Positions 17,036 through 27,258 are shown, counted from the first letter of the stretch. The stretch: 64,000 nt of DNA from Candidatus Nanoarchaeia archaeon (GCA_036514715.1 DATBWR010000004.1:73147-137146), one strand, 5' to 3'. A program made the numbers and translations. The notes: generated from the letters alone by a model not told the origin.

Positions 17036-17046
17036 GAAAGATTGTT

Positions 17047-17283
17047 ATGAGGAAAAGCAAGCAACTGGAAGAGGCAGTTTATAAACCACTGTGGGAAATG
17101 GATATTAAAGAACTTGTCGGCCACAATCTTGAGGCGCAGGGCAGAGAAGACGTTAACAAACTGCTTGATAAAGGCTGGGTTTTGCTGCACATCTACACTC
17201 TTCACTACCGTGAAAACGCTGTTTGGCGCCAGCGGCCCATGGCAATTTTAGGTAAACCCAGACACACTAAGCGACAACCTTAG
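17047..17283 (+). CDS. Small hypothetical protein
   Basis: 78-aa ORF immediately downstream of the baeRF-like gene. Confidence 0.3.
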   Translation: MRKSKQLEEAVYKPLWEMDIKELVGHNLEAQGREDVNKLLDKGWVLLHIYTLHYRENAVWRQRPMAILGKPRHTKRQP

Positions 17284-17288
17284 CTGAG

Positions 17289-17314
17289 TTTTCTTGGTGG
17301 GTCGGGCTATTTAT
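17289..17314. repeat. 26-nt dispersed repeat TTTTCTTGGTGGGTCGGGCTATTTAT (copy 1, intergenic)
   Basis: Identical 26-mer at 18581-18606; the following ~10 nt are also similar and can form a GTGGG/CCCAC hairpin. Confidence 0.6.
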
Positions 17315-17367
17315 AAGTCCACACTTCTTGAAATGCTGGCATAATGGTCCACCCATAGGTTCAAAAA

Positions 17368-18075
17368 TTAGGTAAGTTGAAATTCTAACTCATTGGCACC
17401 AAGAGTAGTAGAATTTATCTCCCCACCACAAAATTTTTCCACAAAGATCTTAAGTTCGTTGGTAGCTTGTTCTACCTCATTCTTGCTGGTAGGGGGAAGA
17501 GCTTCTATTACTAGAATACAGTTTTTGGTTTCCTCTGTCAGCTTTGTCCTATCTGCTTCCCGCCAGTTCCAACGTCTACAGATGGTTGAAATCTCGTCTT
17601 TGTAAATTACTTCTCCTTCGTGTGGTGATCGTGAGTCTTTATCTCCAAGTAATATTACATCTGGTTCGTTAGCACCAGCAAAGGTCAGTTGGATGTCTCC
17701 TTGGGTTTTATCTAAATCCTCCCCACCCACGGGTAATGTATGTTTAAGGGAAATCACGTTATAAATATCAACCAACTTGTTGATGTGGCGAAGATTGTTT
17801 CCACTCAGGACCATTTTGTATAAATTTTCAACCGAGGAACGGTTTTCCTTTGGTTTTGCTCCGAAAGTACGATAAGCTTCCCGCCAAACTTCAATTTTTG
17901 GCTGACTCGAAAGACTTTCTAAGTTGTAGTTTTCTCGTACATTCTCTTCTTGATGTTTCAAAAGACTATTAATTTCTGGCGAGGCGTCTTTGTTATTAAG
18001 GTTTTTCACGGATAGTACACCTATGAGTAACTCAGGGAATTTTTCGAAAATTGACTTATCGATTACGAATTTCAT
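17368..18075 (-). CDS. B3/B4 tRNA-binding domain protein
   Basis: DIYNVISLKHTLPVGGEDLD matches the B3_4 domain signature (D..N..SL....P.G..D.D) found in PheT and stand-alone B3/B4 proteins. Confidence 0.55.
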   Translation of the reverse strand: MKFVIDKSIFEKFPELLIGVLSVKNLNNKDASPEINSLLKHQEENVRENYNLESLSSQPKIEVWREAYRTFGAKPKENRSSVENLYKMVLSGNNLRHINKLVDIYNVISLKHTLPVGGEDLDKTQGDIQLTFAGANEPDVILLGDKDSRSPHEGEVIYKDEISTICRRWNWREADRTKLTEETKNCILVIEALPPTSKNEVEQATNELKIFVEKFCGGEINSTTLGANELEFQLT

Positions 18076-18458
18076 ATTTCGAATTTTACCACCAAAGTGC
18101 TAGAATGGCAGCTATGAAGAAGTCTCTGCAAGAAATTGAGGATTACTATATGAGCCAAGGTCTGGACGGAGAAGAGTTGCGTAAGGCTTTGAATCAGGAC
18201 AAAGAGTTTCAAGAAATTTTGAAGGAAAGAAAACGGGAAATAAAAAACAAACTTGGTGTTTCAAATAAAGATGAAGAAAAGTACCTGCTTTCCAGGGAAG
18301 AAGATTACGAAATTCTTGCTAAGGTAAGAGAATTGGAGAGCAAGCAACTGAATGACGAGGATAAAGAAATAGTTGGGTTGGTTCTAACCCAACTCGAAGA
18401 AAAGTGGCGGGAACCTTTGTTGAGTAAACTTGACGAATTGCTTAAAAGGTATCGCTAA
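18051..18458 (+). CDS. Lys/Glu-rich coiled-coil hypothetical protein
   Basis: 135 aa; charged heptad-like sequence. Confidence 0.35.
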   Translation: MTYRLRISYFEFYHQSARMAAMKKSLQEIEDYYMSQGLDGEELRKALNQDKEFQEILKERKREIKNKLGVSNKDEEKYLLSREEDYEILAKVRELESKQLNDEDKEIVGLVLTQLEEKWREPLLSKLDELLKRYR

Positions 18459-18570
18459 AATGCTCAAATTGGACAAAAAATTTGAGACCCCTTGTGGACG
18501 TCATAAGTTATAAACACCCCGAAATTTAGTCCGATAGTTTGGGAAAATTAGAGCCGTTTTAGGCTTTAGG

Positions 18571-21255
18571 TCAGCCCATTTTTTCTTGGTGGGTCGGGCT
18601 ATTTATTAACCCACAACGTTTGTACTTGAGGCCAGAACCGCACGGACAAGGGTCGTTGCGGCCGATTTTTTCCTTGGTTTTAACAACTTGCCCTGCACTT
18701 GCTCTCTCTGAAGCACTCGAAGTTGAGGTAGAAGTTGTAGTTTGTGGTTGGGGAGAGGGTTGTTGCGGGGCGATTTGGATCTTGTAAATTCTTTGAACAA
18801 CTTCGTGATCAATATTGTTAACTAAATTCTCAAACATCCTAAAAGCTTCGGCTTTATATTCAACCAGTGGGTCACGCCCTGCGTAACCCCGCAAACCGAC
18901 TCCTTCTCTGAGTTCGTCAATATCATCAAGGTGGTTAATCCACAAAGTGTCAATAACCGAGACCATCACTAACTTTTCAATCTCCCGCATTACCTCTGAA
19001 CCAAATTGTTCTTCCCGCTGCCCGTAAACTTGGTGGGCAATGGTTTTTAAGAACTCTTTGACCTTGTCCGGATCAGGTTCCGAGACTACTTTTTCACTTA
19101 AACCCTTACGGCTAGTCTCATCAAAAGGAATGATGGTGTTAAATTCAGTTGTTATTCGCTCGTAATCAAGAGTTTCAGCTTCACCAACTGAAGTGTCAAC
19201 CAAAAGATCAATTTCCGCATCAATTTTTTCGACAAACCGTTCTTTGAGGGCCTTTTGCGCTTCTTCCTTGTTCGGGTTTTGTCGATCCCCCAGTTCTAAA
19301 AATTCCCGACGCATCGAGTAAATAATCTCTCTTTGTTTATTCATGACATCATCGTATTCAACGACTCGTTTACGTAAGTCAAAGTTATGACCTTCCACCC
19401 GAGATTGAGCACTTTCAATGGCTTTGCTCACCAATCCCGCCTCAATCGGGACATCATCGGGTAGTTTAAAAGCGTTCATCACCCGAGTGACCGCATCGCC
19501 CCCAAAAAGACGCATAATATCGTCCTGCAAAGAAACATAAAACTTGGTTGAACCACTATCCCCTTGACGTCCAGAGCGTCCACGCAGTTGGTTATCAATG
19601 CGACGAGCTTCATGTCGTTCGCTACCAATTACATGCAGACCGCCTAGGTTAGCAACGCCTTCTCCGAGTTTGATATCAACACCACGGCCGGCAATGTTAG
19701 TGGCCATAGTGACTGCACCTTTTTGCCCGGCCGAGGCGATAATTTGGGCTTCTTTTAGGTGGTTTTTGGCGTTCAAAAGTTGGTGGGGAACACCTTTGCG
19801 TTTGAGTAAGTCGCCCAGTAGCTCGTTTTTCTCAATCGAAGTTGTCCCAACCAAAACCGGTTGGCCCTTTTTGTGCCGACTGTCAATATCCTCAATAAGC
19901 GCTTCGTATTTACCATGCTCATTTTTGTAGACACTGTCAGGTAAATCCTCCCTGACGCTTGGTTTATTGGTTGGGATAACAATCACATCCAGTTTGTAAA
20001 CTTTGTGAAATTCTTCAGCGGAAGTAACTGCCGTTCCTGTCATACCAGCTAATTTTTTGTAGAGTCGGAAATAATTTTGGAAAGAAATTGTCGCCAAAGT
20101 TTGGCTCTCGCGCTGAATTTCTACTCCTTCCTTAGCTTCGATGGCTTGGTGCAAGCCTTCGGAGTAGCGCCGACCCGGCATCAGGCGGCCGGTAAATTCA
20201 TCAACAATAATCACTTCACCGTCTTTGACAATATAGTCGCGGTCTTTAAGAAACAAGGTTTTAGCCTTAAGAGCTTCTTCAATATGGTGGACTGAATCAA
20301 AATCCTTTTCGTAAAGGTTGCTGACTCCAGTTAGCCTTTCAATCTTGGAAATGCCGATTTCGGTGAGGTTGGCGGTTTTTAATTTTTCATCAACCACGTA
20401 GTCGGTTTGGCTAGTTAATTTTTCAATAATTTTGGCAAAATCGTAATATTTTTCCGTTGATTCTTCAGCGGCTTGGGAAATAATCAAGGGGGTACGAGCT
20501 TCATCAATCAAAATTGAGTCCACCTCATCGACAATGGCAAAATTTAAGTTTCTCTGCACCATGTCGTGAATATCAGCAACCATGTTGTCGCGTAGATAGT
20601 CAAAACCAAATTCGTTGTTGGTTCCGTAGGTAATATCCGCTAAATAGGCTTCTTTTCTGGATACAGGACGTAAGAATTTACCAATACCCAAACCTTCTTG
20701 TTCTGGGGACAAAGATTCCTTGGGGTCCATTTTTAGCTCTTCGTCTTCCTTTTTGACGTGGGGGTCAAAAACAAAAGCAGATTCGTGGTTGATGACGCCA
20801 ACACTTAGTCCCAGAGCGTGGTAAATTGGACCCATCCACTCAGCGTCACGTTTGGCTAAGTAGTCATTAACCGTAACTAAATGGACACCTTTTTCGGTGA
20901 GGGCGTTGAGGTAAAGAGGTAAAGTAGCCACTAGAGTTTTACCTTCACCGGTACGCATTTCAGCGATCTTGCCTTCGTGGAGGACTACCCCACCCATAAT
21001 TTGTACGTCGAAATGCCGCTGACCAATGGTACGACGAGCAGCTTCCCGTACTGCCGCAAAGGCTTCGGGTAAAAGCTCATCCTGTGTTTCGCCTTTTTCA
21101 AGACGTTTACGAAAGTCAGTCGTAACGTCTTTTAATTTAGAGTCAGAGAGTTTCTTGAAGTCCGCTTCAAAGGAGTTGGTTAGCTCTACCAGTGGGCGGA
21201 GTTTATTAACCTCACGTTCGTTGGAATCAAATAAGTTGCCAAGGATTTTGAACAT
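18571..21255 (-). CDS. secA: Preprotein translocase ATPase SecA
   Basis: DEAD-like motor ([26 protein letters not shown]); PPXD; helical scaffold; Pro/Gln/Ser/Thr-rich linker; C-terminal zinc finger [13 protein letters not shown], followed by about 12 extra residues encoded by the dispersed repeat. Confidence 0.95.
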   Translation of the reverse strand: MFKILGNLFDSNEREVNKLRPLVELTNSFEADFKKLSDSKLKDVTTDFRKRLEKGETQDELLPEAFAAVREAARRTIGQRHFDVQIMGGVVLHEGKIAEMRTGEGKTLVATLPLYLNALTEKGVHLVTVNDYLAKRDAEWMGPIYHALGLSVGVINHESAFVFDPHVKKEDEELKMDPKESLSPEQEGLGIGKFLRPVSRKEAYLADITYGTNNEFGFDYLRDNMVADIHDMVQRNLNFAIVDEVDSILIDEARTPLIISQAAEESTEKYYDFAKIIEKLTSQTDYVVDEKLKTANLTEIGISKIERLTGVSNLYEKDFDSVHHIEEALKAKTLFLKDRDYIVKDGEVIIVDEFTGRLMPGRRYSEGLHQAIEAKEGVEIQRESQTLATISFQNYFRLYKKLAGMTGTAVTSAEEFHKVYKLDVIVIPTNKPSVREDLPDSVYKNEHGKYEALIEDIDSRHKKGQPVLVGTTSIEKNELLGDLLKRKGVPHQLLNAKNHLKEAQIIASAGQKGAVTMATNIAGRGVDIKLGEGVANLGGLHVIGSERHEARRIDNQLRGRSGRQGDSGSTKFYVSLQDDIMRLFGGDAVTRVMNAFKLPDDVPIEAGLVSKAIESAQSRVEGHNFDLRKRVVEYDDVMNKQREIIYSMRREFLELGDRQNPNKEEAQKALKERFVEKIDAEIDLLVDTSVGEAETLDYERITTEFNTIIPFDETSRKGLSEKVVSEPDPDKVKEFLKTIAHQVYGQREEQFGSEVMREIEKLVMVSVIDTLWINHLDDIDELREGVGLRGYAGRDPLVEYKAEAFRMFENLVNNIDHEVVQRIYKIQIAPQQPSPQPQTTTSTSTSSASERASAGQVVKTKEKIGRNDPCPCGSGLKYKRCGLINSPTHQEKMG
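18581..18606. repeat. 26-nt dispersed repeat, copy 2 (inside the last codons of secA)
   Basis: Identical to 17289-17314. Confidence 0.6.
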
Positions 21256-21329
21256 AGCTTCAAAAGCAAAGGGAAGTATAGCACTCTAAAGCCGAAAAAA
21301 CCAGCTTCCCCACTAGCTTGATAAAGCAC

Positions 21330-21408
21330 TTGACAAAAAATTTTCGGCTGCTATTATCGTTGCGGGTGTTACCCTAACCCCGACTTCTAAAAAGAGCCGG
21401 GGTTTTTT
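21330..21408 (+). terminator. Short promoter-plus-terminator unit: TTGACA-16-TATTAT, then the hairpin CCCCG-15 nt-CGGGG and TTTTTT
   Basis: -35 at 21330-21335, -10 at 21352-21357; terminator stem 21378-21402 with T-run 21403-21408; predicts a ~45-nt transcript or attenuator. Confidence 0.4.
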
Positions 21409-21442
21409 GTGGCAAGCCCTCCACAAATTTCCCAAAGCTTGT

Positions 21443-21453
21443 CTGGTATAATT
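21443..21453 (+). promoter_or_regulatory. Extended -10 promoter (TGgTATAAT) placed for a leaderless mRNA of the 21459 gene
   Basis: The -10 ends 5 nt before the ATG; no RBS. Confidence 0.35.
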
Positions 21454-21458
21454 GTTGC

Positions 21459-22379
21459 ATGCGAATTATCGTTACCGGAGGGGCTGGGTTTTTAGGAGCT
21501 CACATTCATAGAGTTCTACTTGATGAGAGTTACGAGGTTAAAGTTATTGATAACCTTTCCCGGGGTTTCCGAGACAACGTCGACCCCAGAGCTTCTTTTG
21601 AACAGCTTGATTTAGCCGACCAAGATAAAATTACTAAAGCGCTGGAAGGTTACGAGGCGGTAATTCACTTAGCTAATTATCTAGTAGTTCCCGAATCAGT
21701 GGAAAAACCAGTTGAGTATGCTGAAAACAACGTTGTTAACACTGTTAAGCTAATGGAGGCAATGAAGGACGCCGGAGTGAAAAAAATTGTTTTTTCTTCC
21801 TCAGCTACTGTTTACGGCGACAACAAAAATCTACCTTTAACAGAAGACACCCCACTGGGAGTTCAGGCCAACCAATACGGAGCTTCGAAAATTGCTATGG
21901 AAGCTTTTATCTCCACTTACCACTCTCTTTACAATTTTGACGTTACCCACTTGCGTTACTTTAACCCTTACGGACCTTTTGAAAAGCATGCGCCGGAAAC
22001 CCACGCCATTCCTAATTTCATTAAAGCAGCTTTAAAAAAAGAAGAAATACCTCTGTATTGGAAGGGAGAACAAATCCGTGATTTTATTTATGCCCAAGAT
22101 TTAGCCGAAGCCCATACGTCTGTTTTGGATCTAAAAGGACTGAATATTTTTAACGTGGGAAGCGAGACTGGGATAAAAGTAATTGATGTTGTGAAGTTAA
22201 TTTTTGATATTGTTGGGTACGAAGTACCAACTCGCGATTTAGGAAAACGGGTTGGAGACGTACCCGCTAATTACGCAAGCTCCAAAAAATTGACTCAAAC
22301 TACTGGTTGGAAGGCAAAAACCTCTTTGCGGGAAGGTTTGGTCAAGACCATAGAATACTTTAGGGAGAATTTAACGTGA
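21459..22379 (+). CDS. NAD-dependent nucleotide-sugar epimerase/dehydratase (GalE-like)
   Basis: GGAGFLG Rossmann motif; catalytic YxxxK (YGASK). Confidence 0.8.
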   Translation: MRIIVTGGAGFLGAHIHRVLLDESYEVKVIDNLSRGFRDNVDPRASFEQLDLADQDKITKALEGYEAVIHLANYLVVPESVEKPVEYAENNVVNTVKLMEAMKDAGVKKIVFSSSATVYGDNKNLPLTEDTPLGVQANQYGASKIAMEAFISTYHSLYNFDVTHLRYFNPYGPFEKHAPETHAIPNFIKAALKKEEIPLYWKGEQIRDFIYAQDLAEAHTSVLDLKGLNIFNVGSETGIKVIDVVKLIFDIVGYEVPTRDLGKRVGDVPANYASSKKLTQTTGWKAKTSLREGLVKTIEYFRENLT

Positions 22380-23389
22380 CGAGTAAAGAGGCAAAAATTG
22401 TCGTTATTGGTGGTGGTACAGGTACCTACACGGTCTTACGGGGTCTGAAAAAATACACTTCAAATCTTACTGCCATCGTGACGATGATGGATTCGGGTGG
22501 GTCTTCTGGGCGGTTGCGGGATGAGTTTGGCATTTTGCCACCAGGAGATGTTCGCCAAGCGCTGATAGCTTTAAGCAATGAGAGCTCCCTGCTGCGCGCG
22601 CTTTTCGATTATCGTTATTCAAAAGGGGAAGGGTTGGAAGGTCACAGTCTTGGTAACCTGTTTTTAACAGCCTTGGCGGAAACTACTGGCGGTATGGACA
22701 AGGCAGTTGAAGAAGCAGGAACGATTTTGAATATTAAGGGCCGAGTTTTACCAATTACTAATGACAACTCTACTCTGGTGGCTACTTATGAGAACGGTTT
22801 GGTGGTTGAAGGTGAGGGAAAGATTGATGAGCCTGAACACAACGGTGAGTTGAGAATTAAAACTATCTCCTTAAAACCGGCAGCCCGTGCCTACCCAAAA
22901 AGTTTAGAAGCAATCGAGCAAGCTGATTTAATAATCATGGGCCCGGGGGATTTGTACACCAGTCTTATTCCCAACTTGCTGGTGGAGGGAGTTGCAGAAG
23001 CGGTCGAGAAATCAAAGGCAAAAAAACTTTATATTATTAATCTCATGACTAAGTTTGGACAAACCCACGGGTTTAAGGCGAGTAACTTTGTCACTGAGAT
23101 CGAAAAGTACGCTGGCAAGTGTTTAGACTATGTTTTAATAAACGACAAAACCCTCCCAGAAGAAATTATTAAACGTTACTATGAGAAGGATAAAGAAACA
23201 CCAGTCGTCGATGATTTAAATGGTGACAGCTACAAGTTAGTAAGGAATGACTTTTTGGCAGAGGGTCCAATCAAAAGAAAAAGTGGTGATCTTTTAAAGC
23301 GGAGCTTAATCCGTCACGATTCGGACAAATTAGCCAAGGCGATTATGGAGATTGTTGAAGAAATATGTGCGGAATCTTTGGGTATGTAG
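22376..23389 (+). CDS. YvcK/CofD-family protein (UPF0052, gluconeogenesis-factor-like)
   Basis: IGGGTG...TAIVTMMDSGGSSGRLRDEFGILPPGDVRQ signature. Confidence 0.8.
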   Translation: MTSKEAKIVVIGGGTGTYTVLRGLKKYTSNLTAIVTMMDSGGSSGRLRDEFGILPPGDVRQALIALSNESSLLRALFDYRYSKGEGLEGHSLGNLFLTALAETTGGMDKAVEEAGTILNIKGRVLPITNDNSTLVATYENGLVVEGEGKIDEPEHNGELRIKTISLKPAARAYPKSLEAIEQADLIIMGPGDLYTSLIPNLLVEGVAEAVEKSKAKKLYIINLMTKFGQTHGFKASNFVTEIEKYAGKCLDYVLINDKTLPEEIIKRYYEKDKETPVVDDLNGDSYKLVRNDFLAEGPIKRKSGDLLKRSLIRHDSDKLAKAIMEIVEEICAESLGM

Positions 23390-25119
23390 GTAAAGAGCGG
23401 GCAGCCGATCTAATCCTGGAAGGTTTGAAGACCTTGGAGTATCGTGGCTACGACAGCTGGGGAGTAGCGATCATTGATGAACATGGTTTTAAAGTGAGCA
23501 AGCAGACCGGTAAAATCGGCGGTGCCAGCTTGCCGCCGACAAAGACCAAGGTTGGAATTGGTCATACCCGTTGGGCTACTCACGGTGGGGTGACGGTCGA
23601 AAATTCGCATCCTCATCTAGCTTGCAACAACTCCTTAGCTATCGTTCACAACGGTATTGTCGAGAACTTTCGAGAACTTAAAAAGGATTTAACTAGCACC
23701 CACAAATTCGTTTCGGAGACCGACACTGAAGTTATTGCCCATTTACTTGAGGACGAGCTTAAAAAAGCACCCCTTCGCGAAGCTCTGCAACTCGTATTTA
23801 AAAAACTTGAAGGCTTGAACGCAGTCGCAGTGGTTACTAAAGACAGAAAGATAGCGGTTGCAAAAAACGGTTCTCCCTTAGTTTTGGGTCTTGGGAAAGA
23901 TGAATACTTTGTAGCTAGCGATGCTACCGCCCTTCTCCCTCACACACGAAAGGTAATTTTTCTTGAGGACAACCAGCTGGCCACTTTAGAAAACCACGGT
24001 GTGAAAGTTTTCGACCTTGCCTCTGGTAAGGAAATCGAACCGCTGGTCACCGAGTTAGATTGGCAAATCAACGACAATAGTTTAGGTGAGTACCAACACT
24101 ATATGCTCAAAGAAATCAACGAGCAACCTAGAGTGATCCGCAATATTGCTACCAACCTCTTTACCCAAGCAGAAGAACTCTCAGAAATTATCAAAAAAGC
24201 GCGAGGAACTTTTTTCATTGGCTCAGGTACTGCCTTTCATGCCTGTATGACTGGCGCCTATTTATTTTCAAAAATAGCCAAAAAGCACGTCAATACCACA
24301 GTCGCCTCTGAGTTTAATTATCTTGTGGACTTTTTAACTAGCGAGAGTTTAGTTATTGCTTTTTCACAAAGCGGAGAGACCATCGATGTTATTGAACCTT
24401 TGAACCGAGCCAAGAAAAAAGGTTCCCAAATTGTGGCTGTTGTTAACAGTTTGGGCTCAACTATTTACCGTATGGCCGATTATAAAATCCTTTTGGGGGC
24501 CGGGCCGGAATTGGCAGTAGCTTCAACTAAAGCCTTTGTGGCGAAACTCTGTTTGATTTTATTAACAACCTATGCCTTAATTGGCAAGGTCAAAGAGGCT
24601 CAAGATCTATTGTTATCAGCTAGTGATGAAGTCGAGCGCCTGTTGGAAGAGGGTAATTTAAAGAAGATTAAAGCTGTTGCCGATATTTTAGAAAAGTCAG
24701 AGCATATCTACGTAATTGGCCGAGGTGTTTCTTACCCACTTTCACTGGAAGCAGCCCTCAAAATTAAAGAAGTCAGTTACGTGCACACTGAGGGTATGGC
24801 TGGAGGGGAGCTCAAGCATGGTACAATTGCCTTAGTAGACCGCGGCACCCCTTGCCTTGTCTTTGCTCCCAACGACGAAACTTACCAAGCAACGGTCTCC
24901 AACGCAACTGAGATTCGTTCTCGGGGCGGTCTGATCATCGGTATTAGTCCTAAAAACTCACCGAGTTTTGATCACTGGATTGAGGTTCGCGATGTGGGTG
25001 AAGCTTCAATTATCCCGATGGTCGTCCCGGCCCAACTTTTTGGCTACTTCATGGCCTTGAAAAAAGGTTATGACCCCGACAAACCTCGCAACCTTGCCAA
25101 AGCAGTTACAGTTAAATAA
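23365..25119 (+). CDS. glmS: Glutamine--fructose-6-phosphate aminotransferase
   Basis: N-terminal MCGI Ntn-amidotransferase nucleophile; two SIS domains; C-terminal ...KAVTVK. Confidence 0.9.
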   Translation: MCGIFGYVGKERAADLILEGLKTLEYRGYDSWGVAIIDEHGFKVSKQTGKIGGASLPPTKTKVGIGHTRWATHGGVTVENSHPHLACNNSLAIVHNGIVENFRELKKDLTSTHKFVSETDTEVIAHLLEDELKKAPLREALQLVFKKLEGLNAVAVVTKDRKIAVAKNGSPLVLGLGKDEYFVASDATALLPHTRKVIFLEDNQLATLENHGVKVFDLASGKEIEPLVTELDWQINDNSLGEYQHYMLKEINEQPRVIRNIATNLFTQAEELSEIIKKARGTFFIGSGTAFHACMTGAYLFSKIAKKHVNTTVASEFNYLVDFLTSESLVIAFSQSGETIDVIEPLNRAKKKGSQIVAVVNSLGSTIYRMADYKILLGAGPELAVASTKAFVAKLCLILLTTYALIGKVKEAQDLLLSASDEVERLLEEGNLKKIKAVADILEKSEHIYVIGRGVSYPLSLEAALKIKEVSYVHTEGMAGGELKHGTIALVDRGTPCLVFAPNDETYQATVSNATEIRSRGGLIIGISPKNSPSFDHWIEVRDVGEASIIPMVVPAQLFGYFMALKKGYDPDKPRNLAKAVTVK

Positions 25120-25188
25120 TATTTTGAGTTTGTTTGATGTTTTCTGTATTGACAGTGCCATTACGAACTTGGTAAGTTATTTGCCTCA

Positions 25189-25833
25189 ATGGAAGAAAAT
25201 CCTGTCCCTGCACCTACAAACTCCAAAAGAAATCTTTCAATTATCTTTCTGATTATAGTTATCCTCGCTGCGTTAGCTCTGGGTAGTTATTATCTTTACC
25301 GCATATCTACTCCGCAGCCAGACGATTCAAAAAACAACGTTTCTTCAACTTCTCCACAACCTAACCAAACTACCAAAGATCCTACTGAAGGTTGGCAGAC
25401 TTTTATTAACGAAGATTACGGCTACCAGATTAAATACCAGGGGAATTGGTTTGTTAAAACCTATGCTGATATTCCAAACAGAACATTGTTTGATGATGTC
25501 CAACTTCCTGAATCGCAGATTTCAGAAAGTGAACCTGTAGCTGCCGAAATAGAAGTTTTTGTTACCGAAGAGAAAGATATTGTCCAAGAAAAAGAAAAAC
25601 TGAAAATGGCACATCAGTTTTCAAACTATAAAGAAAGTCAAGTTAAGGTTGGTGGTGTTGATGCCACAAAAATAGAAGGAAAAGTTGAGGGTGAAAGTTA
25701 TATTAAAGGGAATTTTTACACAAGAGTATTTGTTAATGCAGGAAACCGCAGCTACTCTCTCATTTACAGCGAGGTAGATCAAAAAGACCTAGAAGTCTTT
25801 AACAAAATGGTTACAAGTTTTAAATTTCTCTAA
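25189..25833 (+). CDS. Membrane-anchored extracytoplasmic hypothetical protein
   Basis: N-terminal TM helix followed by a low-complexity S/T/P/Q linker. Confidence 0.4.
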   Translation: MEENPVPAPTNSKRNLSIIFLIIVILAALALGSYYLYRISTPQPDDSKNNVSSTSPQPNQTTKDPTEGWQTFINEDYGYQIKYQGNWFVKTYADIPNRTLFDDVQLPESQISESEPVAAEIEVFVTEEKDIVQEKEKLKMAHQFSNYKESQVKVGGVDATKIEGKVEGESYIKGNFYTRVFVNAGNRSYSLIYSEVDQKDLEVFNKMVTSFKFL

Positions 25834-25914
25834 ATATCTAGCCACCGGAAATACCCGCTCCCGCTGAGTTTGTTTATTCCCGCTAGGCGTGGTAAAATTC
25901 TTCCCGAATTTGTC

Positions 25915-27258
25915 ATGAACAAGTTAAAAGAAAAAATAAAGAGTAAAGAAGCTAAAATTGTGGTGGTTGGTTTGGGCTACGTTGGCTTGCCAGTGGCTTG
26001 TTTGTTTGCTAAAGCAGGCTTTAAAGTCACTGGCATTGATTTGGACAAGAAAAAAATTACCTTAATCAATAAAGGTATCTCACCGCTTGATAGTGTTGAG
26101 GAAGGAATTGAAGATTTAGTTGGAAGCGCGGTTAAAAAGGGTTTTTACGCTACACCCAACTACATAGTGGTGAAAGATGCTGAGGTAATTTTGGTCTGTG
26201 TCGACACCCCTGTTGAAGCCAATGATCATCTGCCAGCCTATAAGGCGCTTCGAGGCGCTTTAACTTCAATTGGGGAAAACCTACGTTCCGGAACTTTGGT
26301 TATAGTCGAATCTACCATTGCACCGGGTACTACAACCAACCTAGTTATTCCTACTTTACAAAAAAGTTCAGGTATGAAGGCTAATAAAGATTTTTACGTT
26401 GGTCACTGTCCTGAACGTCTCATGCCAACACGAATTTTTAAACAACTAAAGACTTATCCAAGGGTGGTTGGTGGGCTAACTCCTGAGACAGGCCAGGTAA
26501 TGGTGGAACTTTACAAAAATATCACTTCCGGAGATTTGGATCGTACTGATCCACTTACGGCTGAAGTAACTAAGACCGAGGAAAATTCCTTTGGTGACAC
26601 ACTTATTGCCCAAGCCAACGCCTTGGCACTTTTAGCTCAAAGCTACGGAGTTGATGGGCGCGAAGTAATTAAGCTAGTTCGTAAGATCCCAGGCTACTGG
26701 GGTTCGTATTTAAATCCCGGGCCAGGCGTTGGTGGACACTGTCTTCCCAAAGACCCTTACCTGAAAATAATGCAGTTGAAAAGAAGTGGCGGGGAGGAAA
26801 AAGCCAAAACCTTGGTCGCTCAGCTTGTTAATTTAACGCGAGAGATTAATGATTATATGCCTAAAAATATGGCTGCTTTGATTGAGGAGGCGCTGAAAGA
26901 AGTTAAGGTTGTTCCCAAAAACGCTACAGTCGCACTGCTTGGATTTGCGTACAAAGCTAATACTGATGACACGAGAAATTCACCAACCGAAGCGTTGGTC
27001 AAACATTTAAAAGGTCGCGTTAGGGAAGTTCGTATCCACGACCCGTTTGTTAGAGAGTACCAAGGGGATCTGGAAACTGTTTTGAAAGGTACCAATGTTT
27101 TGGTTTTGATGTGTAAACACAATGACTACGCTAAGATCGATTTAAAAAAGGTTAAAAATCTGCTTGCAACTGCCGCCATTGTTGATGGATGGAACTTCTT
27201 TCCAAAAGAGACCGCCAGAAAAATGGGTTTTGTTTATAAAGGAGTTGGTAATGTCTAA
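25915..27258 (+). CDS. UDP-N-acetylglucosamine/ManNAc 6-dehydrogenase family (WbpA/WecC-like nucleotide-sugar dehydrogenase)
   Basis: KIVVVGLGYVGLP Rossmann motif; catalytic Cys region GHCLPKDP. The track start at 25870 is a TTG; the ATG at 25915 is preferred. Confidence 0.85.
   Translation: MNKLKEKIKSKEAKIVVVGLGYVGLPVACLFAKAGFKVTGIDLDKKKITLINKGISPLDSVEEGIEDLVGSAVKKGFYATPNYIVVKDAEVILVCVDTPVEANDHLPAYKALRGALTSIGENLRSGTLVIVESTIAPGTTTNLVIPTLQKSSGMKANKDFYVGHCPERLMPTRIFKQLKTYPRVVGGLTPETGQVMVELYKNITSGDLDRTDPLTAEVTKTEENSFGDTLIAQANALALLAQSYGVDGREVIKLVRKIPGYWGSYLNPGPGVGGHCLPKDPYLKIMQLKRSGGEEKAKTLVAQLVNLTREINDYMPKNMAALIEEALKEVKVVPKNATVALLGFAYKANTDDTRNSPTEALVKHLKGRVREVRIHDPFVREYQGDLETVLKGTNVLVLMCKHNDYAKIDLKKVKNLLATAAIVDGWNFFPKETARKMGFVYKGVGNV

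Noticed and set aside
23389-23400. glmS ribozyme/riboswitch upstream of glmS
   Set aside because: glmS overlaps the preceding YvcK-like gene by 25 bp, so there is no leader to host a ribozyme.
27164-27250. Upstream start (27164) for the DegT aminotransferase
   Set aside because: It would overlap the dehydrogenase gene by 95 bp. The ATG at 27251 gives a typical DegT N-terminus (MSKTVEISISKPLLGKEEERA).
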